From assembly GCA_964270895.1 (NCBI GenBank), contig OZ185445.1: a stretch of DNA of 64,000 bases. One strand, written 5' to 3'. The notes beneath the pieces were generated by a model. The model saw only the letters and a program-made list of their open reading frames with translations, was not told where the DNA came from and did not search any database. Positions 35,590-48,825 of this stretch are shown one piece after another. Position 1 is the first letter of the stretch. The number at the start of each line of letters is the position of its first letter. The position numbers and the translations under genes are program-made. Source of the stretch: Podarcis filfolensis (taxonomy: Eukaryota).

Positions 35590-36027
35590 TTATTTATGTA
35601 TGCTACAACAGCGGCAAGAGTCTTGCTAGCACAAGGATGGAAGAATGAAGAAATCCCAATGAAAGAACAGTGCAAGAAAACTGATGAGCTATGCGGAACT
35701 GGCTAAATTGACATGCAAACTGTGTCATAAGGACAACTGTGACTTTAAGGAAGAATGGGAACTTTTTACAAATTACCTAAAAAGACAACAAAATGAACTG
35801 GACTCCTTGGCAGATTTTGAATAAACATCCACAAATTTATTAGTTGAATACATGGCAAGGATATATACAATTTTATAACATGCAGAGAGCAATATGTGCA
35901 AAGAAATCAGAGAGGGGTGCTGAGGGAAGTCCTCACTGGCAGGGAGACGGAGGGATGGGGGGGAAGGAGGGAAATAATGTTATTGATTTGTTATGTTGAA
36001 ACTGTGTAATAAAAATACTTGTTAAAA
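35590..36027 (+). mobile_element. L1-clade LINE 3' end
   Basis: LFMYATTAARVLLAQGWKNEEIP..(frameshift)..MSYAELAKLT...FKEEWELFTNYLK; G-rich 3' UTR, AATAAA and short A-rich tail. Confidence 0.85.
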
Positions 36028-36599
36028 AGTCTCGTTTCATTCAGAATTGTTCTTCTGTGTCACTGCCATATCACACTGTGTTCATATAAAAAGATAATGG
36101 TTGTTGTTAGACATTTATGTAAGCTTATGCAGGAGTCATTCCCTTTCTTCTGACTGATTCACATGTCTTAAAATATCAAGGAGTACTTAACACCCTTTTC
36201 TTTCCCAAGAATGATCCTGATCAGTCAAGCGATAGTGGTATCACATAGTTCTCCTCATTTTGTGTAGGTAATATTTCCCTCTGCACTGGGCAAAAGCATC
36301 CGGTCAAGGAGAAGACTGATTCCTACCTCTATAAACAGGTGAAATGTTGCTCTCCTTTAAAGATTTGATTCCTCTTTCAAAAGGGACATTTGTAGTTCTG
36401 CTCCTTCCTTGCCTAATTGTATTCTTAGGAACGGGGGTGAAATAATGGAATGGAAATGGAAGGGAATAAATAACCTGAGGTTGGGATGACCTCCAGATGT
36501 CATTGGGTTACAACTCTGATCAACCTTAGCTGGTATGACCCATGGCCAGGGATCAGGGGACTTGTCCTCTGGCAGCATCTGAAGAACATCCCTGTCCTG

Positions 36600-36790
36600 A
36601 GGCTTTATGGCAGACACTTATGCATGCGTAAGGTCCCAGGTTCAGTTTCCATTTAAAAATTGTATCTCTGAGCAGAATGGGAAATATACCTTCCTGAGAC
36701 CTTGGAGACTCTTTGCCAGTCAGAGTAGATGGATTAAGAGTATGAAAGACAGCTTCAAGGACAGCCCTACTATGAAGCAAAGAAAATCAG
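36600..36790 (+). mobile_element. Squam2-like SINE, degenerate
   Basis: GCATGCGTAAGGTCCCAGGTTCA ... CCTGAGACCTTGGAGACTCTTTGCCAGTCAGAGTAGA. Confidence 0.6.
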
Positions 36791-37325
36791 CCTGCCTCAA
36801 GAGACAGTTTTTCAGATAATATAAATGGACAGCAAATGAACTTGCATTGACCTTGTTTTATGGTAAGGTTCCTGGTAGCTCTAGTAGAGAGCTTTCCTTT
36901 TCCCTATGCTGATTGGATTATTGATCATTCTAAGGGAGCTGTGATATGCTAGGTGGGCATACCATCTGACCACCCATGCCAGTCTCTAGGAGCATAAGAA
37001 GTATAATTGCAGTTATGGCAAACACCCATTTAAAGAACTTTTAGGCATCAAATAATGTGAGTTTAGATTGATTGATTGATTGATTAATTGATTGATTGAT
37101 TAAAATTGCTGGTGAGAAACACCCATTGTTCCAAGGTGGGTAAATAGATCCTAACTGTGCTTCCATAAATGGAAGGGATCAAGATCCTGCTAGCAATTTC
37201 TGCCAATGTCCTCCTCCAACTGCAGCCACCAGCTCTGTCTCTGATTTTACTGCAATCCCAGAAAGCAGGGTGCACAAATTGCTAGGAATGAGTTTTAAAA
37301 AATGTATTTTCCCTTTTGTTGGCAG

Positions 37326-37400
37326 GAGCACCACAAGAAGCAAGCTCAAGATCCAAGATTTGTGTGTGGTTTGGGATGATGCACAAATCTGTTGCATCAG
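37326..37400 (+). other. Exon-like segment (75 nt, multiple of 3), coding status unknown
   Basis: Acceptor TGTATTTTCCCTTTTGTTGGCAG|, donor CAG|GTATCA; phase-1 (APQEASSRSKICVWFGMMHKSVAS) and phase-2 (STTRSKLKIQDLCVVWDDAQICCI) frames both open. Confidence 0.25.
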
Positions 37401-39595
37401 GTATCATCTTAGAAGAAGATTTCCCTCTTCTTGTTCACATTGGATGGAATGGCTCTTTCTGTCTTGCCATCTTCAATAACTGACAAGAAAATGAATTTTA
37501 AACATTCATTGGGGCACCTTTTTGTCAATCAAATTATCTTTTTACATTGATTAACCCATTAATAAACTGATTAATGTACTAATTTAAAAAATTGGCTCCA
37601 GCTATAACCATCCTCAGTAGACTGGTCTTATTAGGGAGTACATAACTGCCTACTTCCTTTAATGGCCTGTCCTTCCATGGCCTGTTTAATCCTGGTTATC
37701 AAAGTCTGCCTCTCTGTAAACTTCCTCCCAAAATTAACTCTCAGCAGTGCATTGAAATCAATCAGTGAATGAATGCTTGAAAATGGTGGAACTCCCAAGA
37801 TGTTGCTTAGATCACCGTGGTGCTTTCATCATCGATGAAAGAAGATCAGAAACAAACCTATTTATTCCCTGTCGCTTCAAATGGATTAAATTGGCTTAAG
37901 CAGGAGTATTTTGGTTTAATTGGTCTGCGAGCTGAGCTGTAAACTTAGCCGAAACAACCACAAAATATTTATAATTGCATTTGTTCACAATCTTGCTGTC
38001 TAAACATTTTATTCTCCAAGCTTCACCTCTGCTGTTTCTACAAATCTGACCATAGATTTTAAACACTGCATGGCGGAGCCCTATCTTCTAATTAAATTTG
38101 CAATGTGCACATTAATAGTGCTATGAAAATAATATTGATTCCCCCTATTAGGAAAATGAGTGTACTGGTTGGGAGCGTGCTGAGTACTCAGATGGGTAGA
38201 GAATCTGCATACATAAAACCAGGAGGCCCCAACAATATTTTTAGAGAAGACCCAGCTTCCTGCCCTGCAAAAAAACAAACTACCAGAGGATGAGGGTTGG
38301 TAAACACACACACTAAGCTCATGCTGACAGCTCCCACACTCTGCAAAAGCTGAAGTCCCTTTCTGTTAGCTATGACAGTCTTAAGCAATTACCAGGTCTA
38401 AGACATGGAGAAATAAGTTTTTATATATGGATGTGTGAAATAAGTGCTTGCCTTTCTGCTGAAATGCAAGAGGCCCCATTATACTGGCATCCCACCAGCT
38501 CTTAAATACATGTCTATTTAGAGAAGCATTCCCCTGATCTCCTAACTTGAACCTCTTGCTTAAATTGCAGCTTTAACTCCTTTTAATCAGCTTGTTTTAT
38601 TGTACATTTTTTATTGCAAATGCTTATTTTTATGTTTTGATTAAACTGTTGTATTATGCAGCTTAATTATGTGTGTTTTGCAATTGACATTGCCCTTCTA
38701 AACTACTTTTTCTTTCTGTAACCTTTAAAACTTTAATAAATATTATTTTAAAAAAAATAAAATAAACTGCTTAGAAGTCATCATGGTGGTATGTAAAGTA
38801 ATCAAATAACAAATTTACATATGGACAGTTTTTTTAAGTATAGAAAGCTTCTAAATCAGAATTATTGGATCCAGTTTTAGTCAAGTTCAGAGTAGCCTCA
38901 TTGAAGTGAATCAGAGCTAAGTTAGTCATGACTTGAGTTCCACTTATTTTGATGGGTCTTCTCGAAACATTTGTATTTATTTATTTTTTTACTTATTTAT
39001 TGCATTTATATACTACTTAATCATTAGCATTTCTACGTGATCTACAAAAGAATAAACCATACAGAGACTAAAGCAATTAAAATCCATCTTAGAACGGAAC
39101 ATAAGCCTGAACACTACCTTAAAATGCTTGCTGAAATAAGAAAGTCGTTGTCATGCACCTGAGGCTCGACAAGAAGGATGCCTCTCTCTTCTCAGTCGGG
39201 AGGGAGTTCAACCAAGTTGGGTCCACAACACCGAATGCACAGCTTCTAGTTGCATGACCAGCAGCATAGTTCAAACTATGCCAATTCAGATGGAAGTCCT
39301 ATTGATTGCAGTGGGACGTAGTACCAGTATTGCAGCCTTAGTCTGGACCCAACCAAATCTCCCTCCAGCCAATGGAGGGCATGTACAGGCCGGGAAAGGT
39401 GTGATGGAAAAGCCCCATTGCACAAATATAGGTCCTTGCACAGAGATTCCACTTGCAGGTCCTTGCACAGGGATTAGGTAAATCCCACCCATTATGTTTA
39501 ATATCTTTCCGAGTTCTGATTTTTAACTCTTCGCCCCTCCCCTTACTTTAGAGGCTCCAAAGCAAAAGTATGGTAAAGAAAGATGAACAAAAATG

Positions 39596-39745
39596 CAGTG
39601 CTTCCCGCCCCCCTGGGGGTACGCAGGGGTACGCATACCCCTAAACATTTTGTGAATCTAAGTTTGGCCTCATTGAGGGGCAGTATTTCAATATGAGTAG
39701 GAAAATGAGAGTACCCCTAAAAATTTTTTTAGAAAAAAAGCACTA
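39596..39745. mobile_element. hAT-like MITE, second copy of the 30807 family
   Basis: Shared core GCAGGGGTACGCAT...GAGGGGCAGTATTTCAATATGAGTAGGAAAATGAGAGTACCCC; 8-bp TSD CAAAAATG/CAAGAATG. Confidence 0.85.
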
Positions 39746-40759
39746 CAAGAATGTATATTTACAATATTTGCTCTTTCCCAATTCCCAATATAAAAAAACA
39801 GCAAAATAGTTGTTTGGCAATAAAGAAACAACTGTCAGGTGGGGGGGGGATTTCATACTTTGAAATGTGCAAGAAGATGATATTTATTTTATGGTATATT
39901 TTGGTGATTCATTGTCCTAATTCAACTTCTTTTATCATGACATATGAAGCAAGTAGATCTTTTAAAACTATTTTTAAAGAACAATGCACTTTGAAAACAG
40001 TTTTAGTGGATCGATTTGCTTTATGAATTAGTATAATAGAACAGGAGTGAGGACAATGGATAGGCAAAGGCAAAGCATCTGATAAATCTCATTTTCTGTA
40101 TTGATTTCTAGAGACCGTATATTCAAAATGGGCACAGACAGATTTAAACTGTAACACTTACTAGCAAGTAAACGTGGTTGAAGACAGACAGACTTACTTC
40201 TGAATGGACATACACAGGATTACACTTACAGACTGCAACCCAGGAAAATCAATGGAGCATGCTTCAGAATGGGATTGTGCTACAAAACCCCCAGCTGAAA
40301 GGGGTTTCTGTTGAATGTATAAATGGATTGGTGCCACACCCCTACTCTTCCTTTGATTGAGGCCCTCCCAGACTGTTGCTGTTTTGGGGTGAGATTCAGT
40401 CACATACAAAGAACTTTGTGGAACAAACCAGGATGGATGCTCAATGAGCAAGTCATCTGGGAGTCACCTGAAAGTCTGGTAACTGCAATGACTTTTCTGC
40501 AATGATCCAGGGAACTTTGGATATTTGTTTTGTTCTTACCTGTTTAACACATGCAGGACCAAGGACCCCAGCTTCTGGGGGTGAGGCACTGTGGGGGCCC
40601 CAACCTTTTTTTGTTAGGGGCCAGTCCTCTTCAATGTTCAGAGGGTTCCCTTCCACACAATGCCAGGACATTGTGTATGGCCCCCTCAATCCTCCAAAGA
40701 AGGTGGCACCTCTGTACAGGACTGAATTTGGAAGGCTCTAGTATGTGATATTACCTTAC

Positions 40760-40905
40760 ATGGAGCCAGACCATTTGCTCACCTTGTCCAATACTGTCTA
40801 GTTTGAATGGCATCAGTATTCCCTAGTCTTCTACCTACAGTCCTTTCAACTGGAGATGCCAGGGACTGATCTTAGGATCCTCTGCATGCAAAGCATGCAC
40901 TCTGT
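40760..40905 (-). mobile_element. Squam2-like SINE, degenerate
   Basis: CAACTGGAGATGCCAGGGACTGA...GGATCCTCTGCATGCAAAGCATGCACTCT is the reverse complement of the tRNA-like head. Confidence 0.65.
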
Positions 40906-41931
40906 TAAATGACCATATGAATATTAATGAATATGAATGTGGTTGTTATGAATATAGCTATGATTTTTATCTCAGAATGGAGTCACCTGTCTGTCAAAGT
41001 CAATCAGAATGGAATACTTAATTTGCCAAAATATCATTAGTATGAATAGTATTAAAGTTGTGAAACTATTAAGCAAGTATTAAAATTTATATCTTCTTGT
41101 AACTCTACACTATATTACAGAAGATCATTTGCAGCCAATGAATGACCACATTTTAGAAAGGAAGGGGAAGTTGAAAATGACATGATAGCGGGGTATTCCC
41201 CCCCCCCTTAAGCCACAAACGCTAATGATGAACATTAGACTCAAGCTATCTAATAACATTTCATGGGCAATTCTGCTCTATAATTGCATTTTTTCCTCTC
41301 TCTTTCAATTAACAGCCTTGTCCTAGGTACGTTTAATGAGAACTTAAATATGATTCCATTGCAACCTTTGTGGAATAAGAGCTGTTTCACAATAGCAAGA
41401 TCCCACATTACTCTTCTATATCTGAAACATATTGGTGAGGAGTTGCAGGTGTGGAAAGGGCTTATTTGTGCTGTCCTTCCCATTTGATTTGAACAAAACT
41501 GTTCGGGTAGGATATTGCAATGTACAAGTGGCTTCCATGCCACAAAGGTAGCTTTTAAACTGCATCAAGACCCCTGCTAAAATCCAGATCTTTACAATAT
41601 GTGAAGGATAGGGCTGAGAGAGAGAGAGAAAAAATCAGATTTTAAGACAAAATACATGTTTAAAGATGCACTGTATCTCAATGTACACATTGCTAAACAT
41701 ATCTTATTCTAAAATGTACATTTTCGCACATTTTGGACCTGAAATCCCCACTGAGAAATTCAGAGAAGTGCAAAATCCAAATAATAATTACATTGCAATC
41801 TGTTTATTAGTACAGGAGGTGGGAATTAACCTGGTTTACTTAAAAATGTGGAACCAGTGAGATTCCCCTCCATCCCTTTAAAAAGTGCTGCAGAATTTTT
41901 CACTTCCTGTAAATTCTGGACCAATCACAAG

Positions 41932-42242
41932 GAAGAAGAAGAAGAAGAAGAAGAAGAAGAAGAAGAAGAAGAAGAAGAAGAGGAGGAGGAGGAGGAGTAG
42001 TAGTAGTAGTAGTTTGGATTTGATATCCCGCTTTATCACTACCTTAAGGAGTCTCAAAGTGACAATCTCCTTTCCCTTCCTCCCACACAACAAATACTCT
42101 GTGAGGTGAGTGAGGCTGAGAGACTTCAGAGAAATGTGACTGGCCCAAGGTCACCCAGCAGCTGCATGTGGAGGAGCAGGGAATCAAACCCGGTTCACCA
42201 GATTACGAGTCCGACGCTCTTAACCACTACACCATACTGGCT
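41932..42242 (-). mobile_element. tRNA/CORE-type SINE with L2-like tail (Squam3-like) and expanded compound microsatellite tail
   Basis: Minus-strand head AGCCAGTATGGTGTAGTGGTTAAGAGC...GGTTTGATTCCC, CORE-like GCTGGGTGACCTTGGGCCAGTCAC, tail (CTA)n(CTC)n(TTC)n. Confidence 0.88.
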
Positions 42243-43139
42243 TTCTATGGAAGCCTTATATAAAGTGTTGCTATGACTAGTAACCATAGCTTTGCCATCT
42301 ATGATTTTTTTAAAAAAAACAAAACTCCTTTAAAGCCATCTATATAGTGGCCATCACCACATCTTGAAGTACATGATTGATGTGAGGATGCTTCTAAAAT
42401 GCACCTCAAATGAAATCTCACCCCATGCAGATTTTGGAGTTCCAGACTACTTGGTTTTGTTTCTGAACTGTAACTGATGAATTAGTATTTCTCAGTTGTG
42501 GCTCTTTTGTATCAGAGTTTTGTACAGAGAACCTGTTGACTCAAATAGAAAAGATGCTGACCCAAGAAAATGCTGTGCCATCAGGAGGTCTATTCACCTG
42601 ACTCTCCTAGCAATCAATGAGAGTTTCATCATATGCAAATAGTTAATCTCTTAAAGAACATCTGTGCCTTTGTGCATATTGCAGATGGCTTTGTAGTTCA
42701 TGTCATTTCCTAGCTATCAGCAAGATAAGGGGTTAACAAAAAGAAAGATACAGAACTCTCCAAAGCAGCTGGTTAAATACTCTCTGCCGATGATCAGAAT
42801 CTCATTTGACATTCCAACCTAGAGAAAAACTTCTTGGGGAAATGGCTCTTGAGTCATAACAGCTGAACATGATAAGATGGATAAATTCAAATGCTAAATC
42901 AGGAAATTACACATTTCAGTGACATTGCTTGGCATGAAAAGGTATTAGAGCCTGCAATCCTAAAACAATGTATGGAAACTGCCAGTTTATATCAGTTTCA
43001 AAGCAGATGAACTGCCATGGATTCTTCCAGAGTAATCTGGGAAGTGTAATTTGTTGCAGTTTCTGATAATTCTCTGTTTGAGATCTCTAGACACCACAAT
43101 TCAGCTTCTAAGTTCCCTTGGAAGAAGGGATGATGACAT

Positions 43140-43787
43140 CCGCCTGCCTTGAGAGACAATGGAGTGTGACTCCAGGGGTAACATTGAACTGTTGTGTTAG
43201 CAGCACTGAAGTAACATCCCTGGGGTGCAAGCCTAGGCAGTGTGTACGGAGGTCCTGGGCTGCCCAGATGACAAGACCCCACTCTTGGCCTCTCTGATAT
43301 GGTCCAAAGGAAAGCAGAGCAATATGTTTGGCACCAGCTTGGCTGCAGGAGTTGTTGGAAGGAGGCGTACAAGACATCATCCAACCATTTTAGGGACACC
43401 ACTGTGGATTTGTGTAGAGTTTACTCCTTAGCCTTTCATTCTCCTGAGGGATATCCTGCACAGCAGCAAAGGTTTAGGATCAGTTTTCCTTCTCCTAGAT
43501 AGGCTACTTTCCCAGGTTGACAAATCCTATCTTCCTCTCACTTTCCTGTATAGCACATGCAGAAACCACCTTCATGACTGTTGGACCCACTATTGGTCTC
43601 GTCCACTCAATCTGCTGGAGCCAATTTTCACATGAAGGGGAGGTCTCTAACTCACTGAGGGTTTGAGACCCTTCAGCTATCCTCCCCTAGTTTACCCAAG
43701 CAGTTGAAGTCATCTCCCAGGGTAGACAAACTACCCCAGAAGGAGTACAACGTGTTCTCCCCACCAGAGGTACCATCCCTCCCCTAA
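43140..43787 (-). mobile_element. RTE-clade retrotransposon 5' UTR (or bipartite non-autonomous derivative)
   Basis: Minus-strand motif CTAGGAGAAGGAAAACTGATCCTAAACC recalled from RTE 5' UTRs; GC-rich, no RT coding sequence attached. Confidence 0.55.
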
Positions 43788-45065
43788 CACCCAATACATC
43801 CCAAAAAGAGATGACTGTTAAAACTAAAAGACTGGTTAAAAAGATGTGTAGTAGATATACCCAGAGTGAGACATCTCAGTTTTGTGAGGTAGACCTTTAT
43901 GAAAATGAAAAGTATGAGTTGCTTGTCAAAAGCATCCCGTTGGGTTTATTGCTGAACACCAGCTTCACCTTCCTCTCTGCTAATCTCACCTAAGACTTTG
44001 TTTAACATAAAGAAAGGCTATAGAAGAAACGGCTTCTCAATTCTAAGGCCAACATCTGTTTCACTTCATTAATAATCCACTCAGGAGGTGCTCAGGAGGT
44101 TATTTGCCACTTTATTATTTCCTTCTAATTCTGCATGCATTGTTGTGTGGCTTATTTTCCATATCCTTGTGATTGAGGCCAATAGGATTGCTATTGCTGA
44201 GCTCACCATGCCACACATTATTATTCTGCTATTGATTATGATTCTGCCTTGCCTGATCCCACATCTGTGAGGTTCATCTGATTTCCTGTCTGTCTCTGTT
44301 GTCTCATAACAAAAAGACAAATATTTCTTATACTGTAGTACTGTTAGTCATCATCTGGGAGTATTTTGCATGTGCATGGTTTGAATATTAAGATGTAAGT
44401 GCATTCAGTCTTTGCCAAAGGCTATATTTAATTCCCCCACCCCCAATTCCCTTTCTCTCTCCCTTTCTCCCTCTTGGCATATGTGATTAGACTACAGTGG
44501 CTGAATTATTCCGTGAAGTGCTTTGTGTTGCAAGCGCTGTAAGAGGTGTGATTTAGAATCCTGACTGCTGATGACCTCATTATTGCATTGCTCTGCTGAA
44601 GTAGTTTAAAGTCACATAAGCTCCATCATGAGGGCACCAGAAGACCCAGCAGGAAGATTGCTTTCCTAAACATTCTGTCATTACAAGAAAAGGAAGATTT
44701 GGGGTATTAAAAAAAAAAGTTCTCACTCTGTGAAACTAACTACTATCTTGTATTGCGGTGGGCAAATTTTCTCATAAGGCTAATTAAATCAAAAACAAAT
44801 TTCCAATTATTCACAATTATAAGTAGTTGTTTAGAGGAAAAACAGCAGCCTCAGAACTATGCATATTCAGTATAATATCATTTTTCTTACCCCACCAATT
44901 CTTTCATTTGTCATGTTTTCTCCCCCATACCCTGTCACAGTTTAGTACCAATACTTTTCTGATGCCCAGTCTTTCAAATTTCATTTCCCCCCTTTTTATA
45001 CTTTTTTATATTGAACAGATGGAAAGTTCTTTAATCTGAGTGGGTTGAAAGCAAAGAGTAAGCTT

Positions 45066-46012
45066 ACCATAACTTCCATCATAGAGCTTCAGTATGCTGA
45101 TGACAACGTAGTGTGCGCACGCTCAGAGGATGACCTCCCACCCATCCTAAATATCTTCTCAGAAACCAACAAGCACAAAACAACCCCTCTGAAGCACCAC
45201 AAATCCAACTCAATGATGTAACGTTGGAAAGTGTCAATCATTTCTCCTACCTGGGCAGTTATCTTTCCACAAGGGCCAACATTAATGCTGAAATCCAGCA
45301 ACGCCTGAACTCTGTGAGTGCCGCTTTATCCTGATTGAAGTGCAGAGTGCTTGAGGACCGGGACATTCGCAGGGAAAGCAAAATGCTTGTTTACAAAGCT
45401 ATTGTACTACCAACCTTACTGTATGCTTGTGAAGTATAGATCACTTATAAATGCCATCTCCAACTCCTTGAAAGATTCCATCAATGGTGTCTCTGAAAAT
45501 TGTTTGCACATCACTTGGGAAGACAGGCGAACTAATGCCAGTGTCCTGGAAAAAGCAAAGATCAGCAGTGTCGAAGCAATGATTTTTCAACATCAACTTC
45601 GTTGGACTGGTCATGTTGTGTGGATGCCTGATTATCGTCTTCCAAAGCAACTACTCTATTCTGAATTCAAGAATGGAAAGCGTAATGCTGGTGGTCAACA
45701 AGAGGTTTAAAGACTCTCTAAAGGGAAATCTTTTAAAATGTGATATAAATACTGACAACTGGGAAACACTGGCCTGTGAGTGCTCCAACTGGAGAACAGC
45801 CTTTACCAAAGGTGTCATGGACTTTGAAGATGCTCAAACTCAGAACGAAAGGGAGAAACATGCTAAGAGGAAGGCACATTTGGCAAACACTCACCATGAT
45901 CAACTCCTGCCCGGAAACCTATGTCCCCACTGTGGAAGGATGTGTGGATCCAGAATTGGCCTCCACAGTCACCTACGGACTCACCATGTTCATGGAAGAC
46001 AATCTTACTTGA
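45066..46012 (+). mobile_element. RTE-1-type LINE, 5'-truncated, frameshifted
   Basis: ELQYADD at the start, then ITWEDRRTNASVLE..HQLRWTGHVVWMPDYRLPKQLLYSE, and C-terminal CPHCGRMCGSRIGLHSHLRTH. Confidence 0.93.
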
Positions 46013-46305
46013 CTTCCAAATGTGCCCACATTGCCCCCAATGTTGGCAACCCCTAGTCCGATTACTGCACTTTCCTGTTATATTCCATAACTAACACATA
46101 TGCCTTCTGTGACCCCCTCTGAAAAACTAGCATACCAGCAAAATTCTCACTTCAAAATTTAAACTGCTCACACACCATATTTTCAACCTTGGTTGCCGCT
46201 AGAGGCTTTAACTGAGGAGAAAACCCTTAATAATTTTTTAACTGCTACTCAGAACTTCACCAAACCAATAAAAGAGTATCTCCTTCAACAAGTCTTAATA
46301 AAGTA

Positions 46306-46533
46306 CAGTGGTACCGCAGGTTAAGAACTTTATTCATTCTGGAGGCCTGTTCTTAACCTGAAACTGTTCTTAACCTGAAGCATCACTTTAGCTAATGGGG
46401 CCTCCTGCTGCCGCACGATTTCTGTTCTCATCCTGAAACAAAGTTCTTAACCCAAGGTACTATTTCTGGGTTAGCGGAGTCTGTAACCTGAAGCGTCTGT
46501 AACCTGAAGTGTCTGTAACCCGAGGTACCACTG
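46306..46533. mobile_element. Tigger-like MITE
   Basis: TA|CAGTGGTACC ... GAGGTACCACTG|TA; close to 5069-5310. Confidence 0.92.
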
Positions 46534-48825
46534 TACATAGTAATTTTCACCACAAATGGAAAGTATGATCTGTATACGAACTGGTGATCTTCAGGAAATT
46601 CTCTGTGGGAATTCTCTGTGGCTTAAATGCATGACCACCAGAAGCCATGTGTTCAGTATTTTGGGTGCATTTTTGTACACATTACATGGTTGTGAAACTG
46701 CATTGCAAAATTCAGAGAAGTGCAGATTTTGAATAATATCATTCCTGCTCTTGAAGTGAGGGTATGTTTGCCTCCACCCTTCCCTTTTCTGCAAAAGAGA
46801 TTCAGGAATTTAAATCCCAAAGTGAGAGGGCACAGGGGAAAACACGTGAGGGCCTTCTGGCCAATGGGGAGGGGACAGGAGCATGACTTTATAAGTCATG
46901 TATCTTCTTCTATGCATCTTTGCATTAATTGACTACTAAGAAACCCTGAGCTTCCAGGTTTGCATAAGAAGCAATTATAATTCATAAAGACCTCAGCTGT
47001 GGCACTTTTACTCAGCTGGAATTAAATGTTTTTTTAATGGAAATGCAATGTATGCCTGATGGCTCAACTTTTTTTCTAAATAAAGTGAATGTTTTCCAGA
47101 GTAAGGCTGTAGGGTTCATAATCAGAGTGTTCAATCTGCTGTAGCCCTTTTCTCAGTATGAAATGGTAATTTCATATTAACTTTAAATATGCTACGGGAC
47201 TCTTTCCTACACAAAACACAAGGCTTCTTGTGTCTAGTTCATTATTAGATACTTATTTCTGATGTATATTAGCAGGTTATTTGCAGCTCTGGGGAACTGA
47301 ATTATTTTAAACATTAGGCAGCTGCTGAAATCTGTGCAAGGAAGTAATGAGCTTTTTTTAAAGAAAAAAAAACCCTTACCCTTTATGTATAGAAGTCAAT
47401 GAAGTAGAAAGTTAAGAGTTTCCTCTTCCCGTAATTTTAACCCAATGCAGGTTAAAATTATCAAGTGACACACTGGTACCATAAATCTAGGATTCTCAAG
47501 CTTGCCCTAGTGAATCTTTTTAATCAGGTAAGCATCATCTGTTTCACATCCACACCATACTCTTATACCACTTTAATAGGCTTCGCTTCCTCCAAAGAAT
47601 ATTGAGAACTGTAGTTTAAGGGTGCTGAGATTTGTAGCTCTGTGGGTGGTAAAATACAATTCCTAGGACTCTTTGGGGAAAGCCATGACTGTTCAGGTGA
47701 TATAACACTGCTTTAAAGGTATGGTGTGATTGTGTTGGAATGCTTTCATACTTTCTTGCTAGAAGCTGTTTAATACCTGCTCTGATGCAGAGTGCAACAA
47801 ATCCATACAATATCTGCACGGGTTTGTCCTTTGTGCTCAGTGTGAAAGTGTCTGATGTTGATTCTACTACTCCAAGTTTATTTCTGAAAATAAAAAATAG
47901 CTTGAAAGTGACACTAAAAAGAGATCTTGATATGGGACTGTGCGAAGGAGGGAATGGCAGGGCTTTTCTTTTCCAGTGGATCCTGCTTATCCTTATATAT
48001 TTTTTATTGGTTTTAAACAAAACAAGCTCTCAGGATGAGGCAGCCTATTACAAAACCTCCAGACATCACTAAACATCTCCTGCGTCAGTAACAAGAAAGA
48101 AGTACATCAGTATATCAGTGCCTGGCTGTAAAATTATTGTAAAAAGGAAATAAACAAGACACAGGAGTCTGCTTAAAATTACAGAGCAGTAACCTGAAAA
48201 CAAAGATAACGGCTGAGTTTCCCTTTCTATAGGAGAGAAAACGGTGAAAGGTAATGTAATAATATGATGTATAGCGGTGGGCAAGGAAACATGACTTGTT
48301 TGTGGAAGTAGCCAGGTGGAGAGCTAGCACTTGTGGTTAGCAAACTGCAGTGGGAAAAAAGAGATAAAGTTGAAAAGAGCAAACGTGGCTGTAACTAGCT
48401 CCTAGGCATCAAAAGTCTGCCAAGATGGGAAGCTATTAAGCTTCCTTTTTTCTCTCCTGAGCTTGGAGAAGCAGTTCAGCTTAGATTCGGTGGTTTAAGT
48501 CAAGATTTAAAGTCCTCTGGGAAGACACAGTTCCTGCCCGGGAAGCCTAGTAAATGCTGGATGTGTACAGACGTCTTGTGGTTTATCCTGTAGTGAGGAA
48601 TGTGCTCCTTTCACATGGTCAAAAATGTTTGGTGCGTCATTATAATTCCACATGTTCCAGGACTTAGCAGTTGCAAGCATGAAATACAGATCCTAGGACA
48701 GAGGTCCAGCTCAGATTTAGCACTCTTTAGGTCACTCAGTGTGTTGCCAATCATATTATAGTAAGTTTAAATATGTAGATGCACAAGCGGATATGTTTGA
48801 GAAATATATTTGATCTTCCTGAATT

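Noticed and set aside
41878-42109. Poly-Lys/Arg/Ser and poly-Leu/Phe ORFs
   Set aside because: Translation artefacts of the (GAA)n(GAG)n(TAG)n SINE tail.
44085-44270. Hydrophobic ORF (EVLRRLFATLLFPS...LPCLIPH) as a transmembrane exon
   Set aside because: The hydrophobicity follows from T-rich composition, the acceptor is mediocre, and its phase does not fit the candidate exon chain.
43140-46012. RTE 5' UTR and RTE-1 body as one inverted (twin-primed) insertion
   Set aside because: They are separated by about 1.3 kb of unique DNA, the breakpoints do not correspond, and there is no shared TSD.
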